From: an uncultured Bacteroidales bacterium
GTDB lineage: Bacteria > Bacteroidota > Bacteroidia > Bacteroidales > DTU049
Direction of reading: 5' to 3'
Assembly: GCA_964428185.1 (NCBI GenBank)
Contig: CAYRXH010000004.1
Span: 5,726-69,725, forward strand
Length of the DNA stretch: 64,000 bases
Shown here: positions 9,823-19,965 of the stretch, piece by piece
Layout: each line of letters begins with the position of its first letter
How positions within the stretch are numbered: the first letter of the stretch is position 1
The notes under the pieces: generated by a model
What the model was told of the DNA's origin: nothing
The model's database searches: none
What the model saw: only the letters and a program-made list of their open reading frames with translations
Translations under genes and position numbers: made by a program

Positions 9823-10575
9823 ATGAGCAGGTTTGTTTTAACTGGTTCAATATTTTTTTTCATACTCACAAGTGCCTGTACCCGCTGGGTTACGCCTTAC
9901 AGGATGTATAAGGTTGATAAGGAAACCAGTCTTTCTTCTGTGGATGATCTGAAAATTCTGAAAGAGCATGTCATTGCTCCTGATGATGAACTGATGATTT
10001 ATATTTATGCAAATGTTGGGCAGGATATGATTAATCCTGATCCTGAAAGAATGATGTCTTCAGGCGGACAGGAAGTGTCCTATCGTGTTCTTAAAGACGG
10101 TACTGTTTTTTTGCCTGCTATCGGTTCATATACTATTGTAGGGAAAACTCTCACTGAAGCAGAAGCAGAACTCCGGATTCTTTACAGGGAATTCATCAAT
10201 GAACCCTTTGTGGTTCTCAAACTTCTCAACAAACAGGTGTATGTTTATAAAGGTGGTAAGTCAGGAGCCGCATCAACAGTGCCTTTGTCGAATCCCAATG
10301 CTACACTTATTGAAGCCTTAACTTCAGCCGGAGGCATCAGTGACGGAAAGGCAGATAGAATTTTTCTTATCCGCGGAACCGGTGAAGATGTGAAGTTTTA
10401 TCAGATTGATCTTTCAGATGCTGAACATGCTGTTCTGGGTAATATTGTCCTCCAGTCTGATGATGTTATTTATATCGAACCCCAGCCATTTGTAAGCAGA
10501 AGGTTGCTTGAAGATATCACCCCCATTCTTAGCCTCACAACTACTTTTTTACTGATCTACAATTTATTTAAGTAA
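9823..10575 (+). CDS. wza: Polysaccharide export outer-membrane lipoprotein (Wza-like)
   Basis: 250 aa with lipobox ILTSAC. Poly_export/SLBB-like sequence. It sits directly upstream of the Wzc-type gene (4-nt gap). Confidence 0.75.
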   Translation: MSRFVLTGSIFFFILTSACTRWVTPYRMYKVDKETSLSSVDDLKILKEHVIAPDDELMIYIYANVGQDMINPDPERMMSSGGQEVSYRVLKDGTVFLPAIGSYTIVGKTLTEAEAELRILYREFINEPFVVLKLLNKQVYVYKGGKSGAASTVPLSNPNATLIEALTSAGGISDGKADRIFLIRGTGEDVKFYQIDLSDAEHAVLGNIVLQSDDVIYIEPQPFVSRRLLEDITPILSLTTTFLLIYNLFK

Positions 10576-10579
10576 TCCA

Positions 10580-13018
10580 ATGGCAAGTCCGAGAATACCC
10601 AAGTTTAATGAAGAATTTGACCCGAAATTATTTAGGTTCATTTTTTTACGGAAACTGCCACTGATTATTGTCATATTTGTGCTGTTCTTCCTGGGTGCTT
10701 TTTTGATGCTCAGATATACCCAGCCGGTGTTTGAAGCTACTACAATTATTCAGATTGAAACTGAAAACAAAGCAGAAAAAATATTCGATGTCACAAGGTT
10801 TTCTGATGAACAGTTCTCACAGAAACTTGAGTTGCTGAAATCCCGTGTTTTTATTGAGAGAGTACTGATGAAGCTCCCCCTCGACGTTTCTTACTATAAT
10901 GAAGGGAAATTCCTCAATCATGAGCTCTATACATCCAGTCCCTTTACAGTGAGTTATGTCGTGTATAATCCTGCAATATATGGAACAAGCTTCAAACTGA
11001 CTGTGGAGGAAGATTCTCTTCTTGTACTGAACTACTCTGTCAGCGATGGTGAATCTGAACAAAATTTTGAAACAGAACTGATACCAGGACAGTTGAAAAA
11101 ACTTGATGATATAGAACTTGTGGTATTTCTGAATCTCGATGATCCCGCAAACAAGGAAGTTCTAAGAAGGCAAAAGTATTTTCTGTTCTCTGTACATCAA
11201 CCTGAAAGCTTGTATGATAAGTATATTCGGAATATCAATCTTGTTGTATTGAATGAAGTTGCTAAAACCATTCAGATATCAGTCAGAGATAATAATCCTA
11301 GCAGAGCATCTGATATTGCAAATGAAATCGCTTCAGAATTTCAGTTGTTTGATATAGAACGCAAGTCGATGAGTGCCAATAATATTCTGGAATTTATTGA
11401 TTCTCAGCTTGAAACTGTTCTAGAAGATTTGACAAGTTATGAAGACAGTATCGTCGGGTATAAGAAAAAGTTCAATATTGACACCATTGTTGAAATCCGC
11501 AGGCAGAACAGTCTTACTCAGCTCAATGCACTCGAAACAGAACTTATCGGAGTTCAGATGGAATCAAATATTCTGAAGAATATTCTGGATGAACTTTCAA
11601 AAAAGGAAATTCCTGATACTTATGTGTTACTTACAATTCTTGCAGGAAGTCAGTATCAGTCACAGTTGCAGGCTGATATCGGACAGCTAGCGGAATTGGT
11701 ACAGAAGAAAGAACAGATGCTTCTGCAATCTCCGGAAAATTCAAATTTTATTGTTTCAATCAATCAGCAGATTGAAATGCAGAAAAATCTGATTTTGAAG
11801 ACAGTACAGAGCATCAAAAAGAATACTGATATCAGATTGCAGGATCTGACACAACGATATAATGCACAATACGGGCAGGCATTTGGCTCCGGACATGAAC
11901 CACATTTTGAACTCAAGCGACTGGAGCGTCGGTATACAATCACTGAGCAGTTCTATAATCAATTGATTGAGAAAAAAACTGAATTTTCTATCCTGAAGGC
12001 CGGATTTGTCCCGGAGAATATAATTCTTGAAAAAGCAAAATCTCAGGGCGATAAAGTCTATCCCAGCAAACAAAAGGTGATTCTGATTACTTTTCTACTG
12101 GCCTTTTTTATATCATTTATTCTGGTAGCCATTCATTATCTTCGCTTCAATGAAATTGTGAGCGCCTCTGAGATAAGTAAATATACCAGTGTCCCTGTGC
12201 TCGGTGTATTACCACGTTATCCATCAAAAATTTCGATTCAGCAGTTTTTCGTTGAAAAGTATCCCAAAAGTATTCTGGCCGAATCACTGAGGGCAATCCG
12301 GAGCAATCTGCAGTTTATTACCAATGGAAAAGGGTCCAAAGTGATTGCAATCACTTCCACAATCTCAGGTGAAGGAAAGACATTTCTGTCAATTAACCTG
12401 GCAGGGGCACTTGCTATTACTGACAAAAAGGTCATTATCATTGATGTTGATATGAGAAAACCTACAGTGCACAAGTATTTCAACCTGCAGAATGCACAGG
12501 GAATAAGTACGATTCTGAGCGGACAGAGTGCAGTTGATGATTGTATTCAGGATATCGGGAAGTATAATATTAAGTTTATTACTGCCGGCCCTATCCCTCC
12601 CAATCCTGCAGAACTTCTCAATGATGAAAGATTTGAAACCCTTATCGAGTTACTAAGGAGGGAGTATGATTATATTATCATTGATAATCCTCCTATCGGT
12701 CTTGTGTCCGATGCACTCAAATCCATGCAGCTTGCAGATTATCCAATCTATCTCCTGAGAGCAAATTATTCAAAAAGGAACTTCCTGTCTCTACCCGAAA
12801 AGATGTTTCAGGTCTATCATATAAAATCAATATCTATCGTTCTCAACGGATATGATAATACGATATCCAATGTGGGGATGGAGAAGGATTTGGTCTACGC
12901 GTATGGTTATGTGAAAGGATATAAGAAAGGCCTGAAGAATACATATTACGAACAGGATATTAAACCAAATCTGTCATTCCGTGAAAGGATACAGAATTTT
13001 TTCAAGCGCCCTGAATAA
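10580..13018 (+). CDS. wzc: Polysaccharide co-polymerase / tyrosine autokinase (Wzc-like)
   Basis: 812 aa with two TM segments flanking a coiled-coil region. Walker A SGEGKT, A-prime IIIDVDMRKP, Walker B IIIDNPP. C-terminal Tyr cluster YAYGYVKGYKKGLKNTYY. Confidence 0.9.
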   Translation: MASPRIPKFNEEFDPKLFRFIFLRKLPLIIVIFVLFFLGAFLMLRYTQPVFEATTIIQIETENKAEKIFDVTRFSDEQFSQKLELLKSRVFIERVLMKLPLDVSYYNEGKFLNHELYTSSPFTVSYVVYNPAIYGTSFKLTVEEDSLLVLNYSVSDGESEQNFETELIPGQLKKLDDIELVVFLNLDDPANKEVLRRQKYFLFSVHQPESLYDKYIRNINLVVLNEVAKTIQISVRDNNPSRASDIANEIASEFQLFDIERKSMSANNILEFIDSQLETVLEDLTSYEDSIVGYKKKFNIDTIVEIRRQNSLTQLNALETELIGVQMESNILKNILDELSKKEIPDTYVLLTILAGSQYQSQLQADIGQLAELVQKKEQMLLQSPENSNFIVSINQQIEMQKNLILKTVQSIKKNTDIRLQDLTQRYNAQYGQAFGSGHEPHFELKRLERRYTITEQFYNQLIEKKTEFSILKAGFVPENIILEKAKSQGDKVYPSKQKVILITFLLAFFISFILVAIHYLRFNEIVSASEISKYTSVPVLGVLPRYPSKISIQQFFVEKYPKSILAESLRAIRSNLQFITNGKGSKVIAITSTISGEGKTFLSINLAGALAITDKKVIIIDVDMRKPTVHKYFNLQNAQGISTILSGQSAVDDCIQDIGKYNIKFITAGPIPPNPAELLNDERFETLIELLRREYDYIIIDNPPIGLVSDALKSMQLADYPIYLLRANYSKRNFLSLPEKMFQVYHIKSISIVLNGYDNTISNVGMEKDLVYAYGYVKGYKKGLKNTYYEQDIKPNLSFRERIQNFFKRPE

Positions 13019-13025
13019 AAGAAGT

Positions 13026-13568
13026 ATGGAAAGAATAGAGACGGGTATTGATGGATTGTTTTTATTGAAACCAACATCTTTCAGTGATGAAAGAGGGATT
13101 TTTTTGGAAGTGTATCATGCCGCTAAGTATAAAGCAGCAGGAATACATACAGATTTTTTACAGGATAACCTCTCTGTTTCAAGGAAGCATGTTCTGCGCG
13201 GATTACACTTTCAGAATCCGCCCTTTGCACAGGCTAAACTTGTTCGTGTAGACTGTGGTTCTGTTCTTGACGTGGCCGTTGATCTCAGAAAAAATTCTCC
13301 CACTTTTGGACAGTACAGATCTGCTTTACTCTCAGCTGAAAATCGTTTACAGTTATGGATTCCTGAGGGGTTTGCCCATGGGTTTCTTGCTCTTGAAGAT
13401 CATACAATCTTTGCATATAAATGTTCAAATGTGTATCACAAAGATTCAGAACGCTCAATCCTGTGGTCAGACCCCACTCTGAATATTCAGTGGACAATTA
13501 AAGATCCTGTTGTGTCTGGCAAGGATTTGCAGGCAATGTTATTCAGTGACTTTCAATCTCCTTTTTAA
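13026..13568 (+). CDS. rfbC: dTDP-4-dehydrorhamnose 3,5-epimerase
   Basis: Motif HVLRGLHFQNPPFAQAKLVRV with a cupin fold pattern. The ORF-track GTG start at 12981 overlaps wzc, so I trimmed to the ATG at 13026 (MERIETGIDG). Confidence 0.9.
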   Translation: MERIETGIDGLFLLKPTSFSDERGIFLEVYHAAKYKAAGIHTDFLQDNLSVSRKHVLRGLHFQNPPFAQAKLVRVDCGSVLDVAVDLRKNSPTFGQYRSALLSAENRLQLWIPEGFAHGFLALEDHTIFAYKCSNVYHKDSERSILWSDPTLNIQWTIKDPVVSGKDLQAMLFSDFQSPF

Positions 13569-13571
13569 AAT

Positions 13572-14645
13572 ATGTTTATACTGGCTGTATCTGTATTTGC
13601 TCTTGTTATTTTTGTGTTCTCCATTCTGGTGAATAATTTTCTCTTGAAATACCTTAATGAACTGGAAACTAAGAATCATAACGGCGAAGTCCGATGGAGT
13701 AAAACACGAAAACCTGCAATCGGAGGGATTACATTTTTCATTTGTTTTTTGCTTGCATCTCTATCATTGGTTTACACGATCCCCCGATCTGAAGGATTTC
13801 AGATTGAACAGTTTTATGGGCTGATGCTTGCGCTTTCTGTGGGGTTTCTTGCCGGATTATTTGACGATGCCTATAATACAATCCCTTGGCTGAAACTTCT
13901 GATGCAGATTTTGTGTGGTTTGAGTCTGGTATTTACAGGAACATATATTGATTTATTTGATAATCAGACTTTTAATTACATACTTACACTATTCTGGGTT
14001 GTTGGGATAATGAATGCCATTAATTTACTAGACAATATGGATGGTATCTCAACAGTTGTAAGTTTTTTTATTATTTTGGCATGTATTCTGAGTGTATTTC
14101 TTCTTGATACCATAACAGATAACTACTTCCTTATTCTTGTGGGCATAGCTGCAAGCTTGCTTGCATTTCTCCGGTACAACTGGTGGCCTTCAAAGATGTA
14201 TATGGGTGATACAGGAAGCATGTTTCTGGGAGTGACTCTGGCAGCATTTGGGATTATTCATATTTGGAATCTTCAGGTGTTGCCGGATCTTTCTGCTCCT
14301 CTTTCTGCCAGATTACTTGCTGTTGCATGTTTATTTGCACTTCCTCTTACCGATACAACAGCAGTATTTTTTAAAAGAATTTTCAGAGACAGAAAATCTC
14401 CTTTTAAAGGTGGCAGAGATCACACAACTCATCATCTTTCATATCTTGGACTTAATGACAAACAGGTTGCATGGGTTTTTACAGGCATATCGCTGATTAA
14501 TATGATAATGGCCCTGGCAATCATTTTGGTTGTAGGTCGTTGGAATGCCTTTCATATCCTTGCATTTGGCTCATGGTTTGTCCTGGTGTTCGGATTTCTT
14601 TTTGTGGTTGCTAACCTGAATACTCAACCTAATGAAACTGAATAA
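13572..14645 (+). CDS. Polyprenyl-phosphate N-acetylhexosamine-1-phosphate transferase (WecA/MraY family)
   Basis: 357 aa, polytopic membrane protein with motifs NAINLLDNMDG and GDTGSMFLG. Confidence 0.85.
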   Translation: MFILAVSVFALVIFVFSILVNNFLLKYLNELETKNHNGEVRWSKTRKPAIGGITFFICFLLASLSLVYTIPRSEGFQIEQFYGLMLALSVGFLAGLFDDAYNTIPWLKLLMQILCGLSLVFTGTYIDLFDNQTFNYILTLFWVVGIMNAINLLDNMDGISTVVSFFIILACILSVFLLDTITDNYFLILVGIAASLLAFLRYNWWPSKMYMGDTGSMFLGVTLAAFGIIHIWNLQVLPDLSAPLSARLLAVACLFALPLTDTTAVFFKRIFRDRKSPFKGGRDHTTHHLSYLGLNDKQVAWVFTGISLINMIMALAIILVVGRWNAFHILAFGSWFVLVFGFLFVVANLNTQPNETE

Positions 14646-15624
14646 CTTTTTATTTGTTATACTGATTCTTCTTTTCAGTTTTATACTTTTTATGTTTTTC
14701 AAACAATCACCCGATGATAATGTAAAGGGTGATAAAACCTATTATGAGACTTCTGCCCGCCAGTATAGAATTTTTTCTTTATATATTCCTGATAATCTGA
14801 CATTTGCAGGCGAAAAAGTCCCCATTGAGAAATTTTATGTCAGAGAACGTCTGGAAAGGGAATTGCTTGCAGTGGCATACTGGCACTCAAGAACTATGTT
14901 GATTCTGAAGAGAAGTGCTCGATATTTTCCTGTTTTTAGAAAGGTATTTCAACAACATGGTATTCCTGACGATTTGATGTTTCTGTCCATGGCCGAAAGT
15001 GAGCTCTCATTTCCGGTTTCTCCCTCCGGAGCTGCCGGAATGTGGCAATTTCTGAAGGGTACTGCCATTGAATATGGACTCGAAGTAAACGATGAAGTTG
15101 ATGAAAGGTATCATGTTGAAAAATCTACCGATGCTGCATGCAGGTATCTAAAGGCATCATACACAATGTTTGGAACCTGGACAATGGCTGCGGCCTCCTA
15201 TAATATGGGTACAGCACGTATCCCTGCAATCATTGAGGAACAGGGAACAGATTCGTATTATGACCTTGTCCTTCCTGAAGAAACAATGAGGTATATCTAC
15301 CGAATACTCGCTTATAAAATAATCTGGTCAAATCCGAAACAGTATGGGTTTTATCTCAGAAATGCTGATTTGTACTATCAGATTCCTGTAAGATATATAG
15401 AAGTTGACACTGCAGTGAATAATCTGTCTGAATTTGCTGTGCATCATAATACGAACCTGCTGGTCCTTAAAGAGTTGAATCCTTGGCTTAGGAAAACTTC
15501 CCTGAAAAACTCACTGAAAAAAAAGTATTATCTAGCAGTTCCTGAAACAGTAGATTATGATATGATTATGAAGAAAGTTTCTCAGCCTGCACAACTGATG
15601 AATGATACAGTCAGTATCCGATAA
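14632..15624 (+). CDS. Lytic transglycosylase (SLT domain), membrane-anchored
   Basis: 330 aa with an N-terminal TM helix. SLT motifs MAESELSF, AAGMWQF and AAASYNMG. It overlaps the upstream gene by 14 nt. Confidence 0.8.
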   Translation: MKLNNFLFVILILLFSFILFMFFKQSPDDNVKGDKTYYETSARQYRIFSLYIPDNLTFAGEKVPIEKFYVRERLERELLAVAYWHSRTMLILKRSARYFPVFRKVFQQHGIPDDLMFLSMAESELSFPVSPSGAAGMWQFLKGTAIEYGLEVNDEVDERYHVEKSTDAACRYLKASYTMFGTWTMAAASYNMGTARIPAIIEEQGTDSYYDLVLPEETMRYIYRILAYKIIWSNPKQYGFYLRNADLYYQIPVRYIEVDTAVNNLSEFAVHHNTNLLVLKELNPWLRKTSLKNSLKKKYYLAVPETVDYDMIMKKVSQPAQLMNDTVSIR

Positions 15625-15631
15625 TCTGGAG

Positions 15632-18481
15632 ATGATGACAGAATTCGAATTGCCCGAAAATCCGGAACAAGATGCCATTCAGGTCTATGGTGCCCGTGAG
15701 AATAACCTCTGTAGCATAGATGTCATGATCCCTCACAATAAACTTGTTGTAATTACCGGTCTCAGCGGCAGTGGAAAGTCTTCTCTTGCATTTGATACAA
15801 TTTTTGCTGAGTCACAGCGAAGATATATGGAAACCTTTTCTGCATATGCACGCCAGTTTATCGGTAAACTTGAGCGCCCTGATGTGGATGAAATAACCGG
15901 ACTCAGTCCTGCGGTTTCAATTGAACAAAAAACCATCAGCAAAAATCCCCGAAGTACTGTCGGAACAATAACTGAAATTTATGACTTTTTCAGACTTCTC
16001 TATGCACGTGCTTCAACTGCTTATTCCTATAACACTGGAAAACCAATGATCAGTCTTACTGAATCACAGATTATTGAAAGAATAAGTATTCGTTTTGATC
16101 ACCAAAGGGTATCTATATTCAGCCCGCTTGTCAGAGGAAGGAAAGGGCATTACAGAGAACTTTTTGAGATCTGGCATAAAAAAGGATTTCTGAAAGTAAG
16201 AATTGATGGAGTCATCACTGAACTCAAAGCCAATCTCAAAGTTGACAGATATAAAGTGCATGATATTGATTTGCTGGTGGATACAGTTGATGTGACAGCA
16301 AGGTCAGTGCAAAGGCTCAGAAATTCAGTAAGTTCGGCAATGAAATACGGCAAGGGACAATGTATTGTTGTGAATATGGAAAATCAGGATACAGGCTTCT
16401 ACAGTTCAGATCTGATGTGTGAGCAAACGGGGATTTCATATTCACTGCCTGAACCTAACAGTTTTTCATTCAATTCTCCCTACGGAGCATGTCCGAAGTG
16501 TAACGGGATCGGAATGATCACCGAAGTGGACACGAAAAAAGTATTTCCTGAGAAGAACCTTTCCATACGTAACGGTGGACTTACCCCCCTTGGGAAATAT
16601 AAAGCATCTTACATATTCAGTCAGATTGAATCTCTTGGAAAAATTCTTGGATTTACTCTTGATGAGCCTGTTGGTTCTTTTACAGATGAAGTGAAGGATA
16701 TGTTGCTTTACGGGTATGCCGATCGGTTGTATATAACCAATGAATATATAGGGGTCACAAGTTCGATGCCTGTCAGGTATGAAGGTGTTGTTACATACAT
16801 TGAACAGCAGAATACTGAAGATGCACCTGTCAGTTTGCAACGATGGGCATCCGGGTTTATGGAAAAGAAAGTGTGTCCCGAATGTATGGGAGGCAGACTC
16901 AGAAAGGAATCTCTGCATTTTCTTATCCACGGGTCAAATATCTCTCAGGTTTCAGAGATGCAGATTGATCGCTTGATTGTGTGGATGGATGAAGCTGAAG
17001 CATCAATGTCTGAGAAATCAAAAACCATTGCGCGAACTTTGGTGAAGGAGATAAAACACCGCTTGAATTTCCTTCTTGATGTGGGACTTGAATACCTTTC
17101 GCTATCCCGTCCTTCGCGTAGCCTGTCCGGGGGAGAATCCCAGAGAATCAGACTGGCAACACAGATTGCATCAAATCTGACCGGAGTTCTGTATATTCTT
17201 GATGAACCAAGTATTGGATTGCACCAGCATGATAATAGGCGGTTAATCAGTTCACTCAGACAACTGAGAGATAAGGAGAACAGCATCATTGTGGTTGAGC
17301 ATGATCAGGAAATGATAATGTCAGCAGATTATATTATCGATATTGGACCCGGAGCAGGCAGAAAAGGAGGTCGGATAACAGGAACCGGAACTCCGCAACA
17401 GATGCTGAAATGCGACTCTCTGACATGTAAATATCTCAAGGGTGAACTTCGGATAATGGTTCCCCCTGAGAGAAGAAAACCAAATGGAAAATTTCTGACC
17501 CTCAGGGATTGTAGCGGCCATAATCTGAAAAATATTACCCTTGATCTGCCTTTAGGGCTTTTGGTTTGTGTTACAGGTGTCTCCGGAAGCGGAAAGTCCA
17601 CACTCATTAATGAAACATTATATCCGGTTATCAGTAATCTTATTTACCGTTCCAACAGAAAACCAATGCCATATGGGAGCATTGAGGGATATCAGCATAT
17701 CAATAAAGTGATCGATGTGAACCAGGATCCCATTGGGAAAACACCACGATCTAATCCTGCAACATATACAGGTGTCTTTGATAATATAAGGAAGTTATTT
17801 ACTGAAACCACTCAGTCAAAAATTCGTGGTTACAAGCCCGGACAATTTTCGTTTAATGTCAAAGGGGGTAGATGTGAAACATGCAAAGGAGCAGGCATGG
17901 AGGATATTGAAATGGGATTTCTTCCCAATGCTCAGGTTTTATGCAGAGATTGTAACGGGAAAAGGTTTAGCCGCGAAACCCTTGAGATCAGATATAAGGG
18001 AAAATCCATATTTGATGTCCTGCAAATGACAATTAATCAGGCCTGTGATTTTTTTGAGGATCATCCGTCAATCATCCTGCCATTAAGGGCTTTGCAGAGA
18101 GTGGGACTTGGCTATCTGACTCTCGGACAGAGTTCTCTGACACTCTCAGGTGGCGAAAATCAAAGAGTGAAACTAGCTGCTGAACTTGCCAAACGGGACA
18201 CAGGAAAAACACTGTATATTCTTGATGAGCCCACCACCGGTTTGCATTTTGAAGATATCAGGGTTCTGCTCGAAATATTGCAGGGTCTTGTGGACAGAGG
18301 GAATACTATTGTGATTATTGAACATAATCTGGATGTTATTAAAGTTGCTGATTATGTCATTGATCTCGGGTTCGAAGGAGGTGATAAGGGAGGAGAAATC
18401 ATTGCAGCAGGCACCCCCGAAGAAATCACCAAGTTTCAACAGAGCTATACCGGACAGTTCTTGAAAGCAGTGCTTCAATGA
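15632..18481 (+). CDS. uvrA: Excinuclease ABC subunit A
   Basis: Two ABC modules (GLSGSGKSS, GVSGSGKST; LSGGESQR, LSGGENQR). Zn fingers CPKCNGIG and CETCKGAG...CRDCNGKR. Start trimmed from 15602 to the ATG at 15632 to avoid overlap with the upstream gene. Confidence 0.95.
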   Translation: MMTEFELPENPEQDAIQVYGARENNLCSIDVMIPHNKLVVITGLSGSGKSSLAFDTIFAESQRRYMETFSAYARQFIGKLERPDVDEITGLSPAVSIEQKTISKNPRSTVGTITEIYDFFRLLYARASTAYSYNTGKPMISLTESQIIERISIRFDHQRVSIFSPLVRGRKGHYRELFEIWHKKGFLKVRIDGVITELKANLKVDRYKVHDIDLLVDTVDVTARSVQRLRNSVSSAMKYGKGQCIVVNMENQDTGFYSSDLMCEQTGISYSLPEPNSFSFNSPYGACPKCNGIGMITEVDTKKVFPEKNLSIRNGGLTPLGKYKASYIFSQIESLGKILGFTLDEPVGSFTDEVKDMLLYGYADRLYITNEYIGVTSSMPVRYEGVVTYIEQQNTEDAPVSLQRWASGFMEKKVCPECMGGRLRKESLHFLIHGSNISQVSEMQIDRLIVWMDEAEASMSEKSKTIARTLVKEIKHRLNFLLDVGLEYLSLSRPSRSLSGGESQRIRLATQIASNLTGVLYILDEPSIGLHQHDNRRLISSLRQLRDKENSIIVVEHDQEMIMSADYIIDIGPGAGRKGGRITGTGTPQQMLKCDSLTCKYLKGELRIMVPPERRKPNGKFLTLRDCSGHNLKNITLDLPLGLLVCVTGVSGSGKSTLINETLYPVISNLIYRSNRKPMPYGSIEGYQHINKVIDVNQDPIGKTPRSNPATYTGVFDNIRKLFTETTQSKIRGYKPGQFSFNVKGGRCETCKGAGMEDIEMGFLPNAQVLCRDCNGKRFSRETLEIRYKGKSIFDVLQMTINQACDFFEDHPSIILPLRALQRVGLGYLTLGQSSLTLSGGENQRVKLAAELAKRDTGKTLYILDEPTTGLHFEDIRVLLEILQGLVDRGNTIVIIEHNLDVIKVADYVIDLGFEGGDKGGEIIAAGTPEEITKFQQSYTGQFLKAVLQ

Positions 18482-18578
18482 TGAATTGCAGGATGTTTCA
18501 GTAGTTTCGAGAATTCTTAGATATGAAATAGTTCATTATACACCACCAATGTTCGCACATCTCTCTGTTGCTGCAATC

Positions 18579-18594
18579 AAACTGTTAACAGTTT
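18579..18594. repeat. Perfect 16-nt palindrome between convergent genes
   Basis: AAACTGTTAACAGTTT equals its own reverse complement. It is flanked on both sides by direct GCAAT. Confidence 0.6.
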
Positions 18595-18616
18595 CGCAAT
18601 ACAGCACAGGATATCT

Positions 18617-19957
18617 TCATTTGTGATAGAACACTTCATACACCATCACTGAATTGCCTCCTTTTTCTGATTTTCCCTGCGAAGTCACCACAAGCTTTGT
18701 TCCGTCAGGGGAAAGCGCCATTCCTACAGGATAGGCGTCAGCTTTGACTGAGCAGATAATTTTCATATCAGAAGATTGTATGACAACAATTTTACACAGA
18801 TTATTTACAGCAGCAAAGATGTATTTTCCGTCAGCAGTAATGTCAATGGTTCTAACACCGGCACCTGCCTGGCAACTGATCCATCCCGTATATGAAGCTG
18901 TCTTACCGGGAACACTGTTTTTTGCTTCAATAATTTCATTGAGGGGCGCTTTCTGAACAAATCCTGTTGAATTGGTGCTGATAATAAGATCCTCTCCACT
19001 GATGATCAAATGCCGGAGGTTGCTTTTTTGTCCTGTAACAGTACCCAGATATTCGAATTCCGGAATCGTGAAAATGGCAATGCCACCGGCACCTCCCATT
19101 TTTCCAATCAGCAGGTATTTTTCGTCGGGCGTAAATACAGTACCTCTCAGACAGTGCCCGCATTGCTGGTCACGGTTAACTGCCTGTGCACCAAAATTAA
19201 GTTTTGCCTTATAATCAACGACTAGATGTGCAACATATCTGAAGTTTTTCACCGAATCACTGCTGATATCAATAATGCCACAGGTGTTGTCTCCCCAGTG
19301 TGTCACTGCTATATAGTTGTTGTCAGGTGAGCAGGCAATCATCTTTGGCAGTGGGCCTGATGGCATTACCCTTACTATTGAATCTGTTTCTGTATCAATG
19401 ATTGCAACGGCTGACGGACATTCTGCATTCAGGTCAAACTCACGACGGTAATATGTGACCCACAAATATTTTCCATCGTGCGACATACAACTTTCTACAG
19501 GTTTTCCCTTAAACACATTGTAGTTTTTATGATGATCACGGTATTTGTATCCGAAAACACTGCTTTCTCCGTTGACAAACAGAAGACTATCTGATTTTTT
19601 AAAATCATGGACAATAATCTTCATAAGTTTCATGGAATCAGTATCATACACAGATGTAGTGTAGCCTTCGAGAGACTGGACATAAAATTTCTTACCATCA
19701 ATGGAAAAATTTATTGATTTGGGTGAATGGCTGCTTTTGTCAAAACGATCGTTGATGTGTTTTGGTTTTGAATTGTAACTTTGAAATCTCCAGCTGAGTT
19801 TGAGACTGATTTCAGTGCCGGGTGGCTGTGAAGTAATCCCGATCTGATATCTTGATAGGCTGGAATCAATAGACGTTTGGGCTTGAGAAGCGATGTATAA
19901 AAGACCGATTGTTGTAAAAACAACCCAGAGTCTGAAGAATGAAACTCTGAATTTCAT
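18617..19957 (-). CDS. Secreted beta-propeller repeat protein (YVTN/YncE-like)
   Basis: 446 aa with a signal peptide. Recurrent blade motifs SHDGKYLWV, SPDNNYIAV, TPDEKYLLI, TADGKYIFA and SPDGTKLVV. Confidence 0.65.
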   Translation of the reverse strand: MKFRVSFFRLWVVFTTIGLLYIASQAQTSIDSSLSRYQIGITSQPPGTEISLKLSWRFQSYNSKPKHINDRFDKSSHSPKSINFSIDGKKFYVQSLEGYTTSVYDTDSMKLMKIIVHDFKKSDSLLFVNGESSVFGYKYRDHHKNYNVFKGKPVESCMSHDGKYLWVTYYRREFDLNAECPSAVAIIDTETDSIVRVMPSGPLPKMIACSPDNNYIAVTHWGDNTCGIIDISSDSVKNFRYVAHLVVDYKAKLNFGAQAVNRDQQCGHCLRGTVFTPDEKYLLIGKMGGAGGIAIFTIPEFEYLGTVTGQKSNLRHLIISGEDLIISTNSTGFVQKAPLNEIIEAKNSVPGKTASYTGWISCQAGAGVRTIDITADGKYIFAAVNNLCKIVVIQSSDMKIICSVKADAYPVGMALSPDGTKLVVTSQGKSEKGGNSVMVYEVFYHK

Positions 19958-19965
19958 ATATTGAA

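Noticed and set aside
12981-13025. N-terminal extensions from non-ATG ORF-track starts, mostly overlapping upstream genes. Affected genes are rfbC 12981, lpd 5208, yidC 30869, rpsN 45827, rpsH 46050, eno 54471, fusA 37313, uvrA 15602 and the mgl-like gene 27951.
   Set aside because: The extensions mostly use TTG or GTG, overlap the preceding gene, or add non-conserved residues ahead of canonical N-termini. Internal ATGs restore the expected N-terminal motifs.
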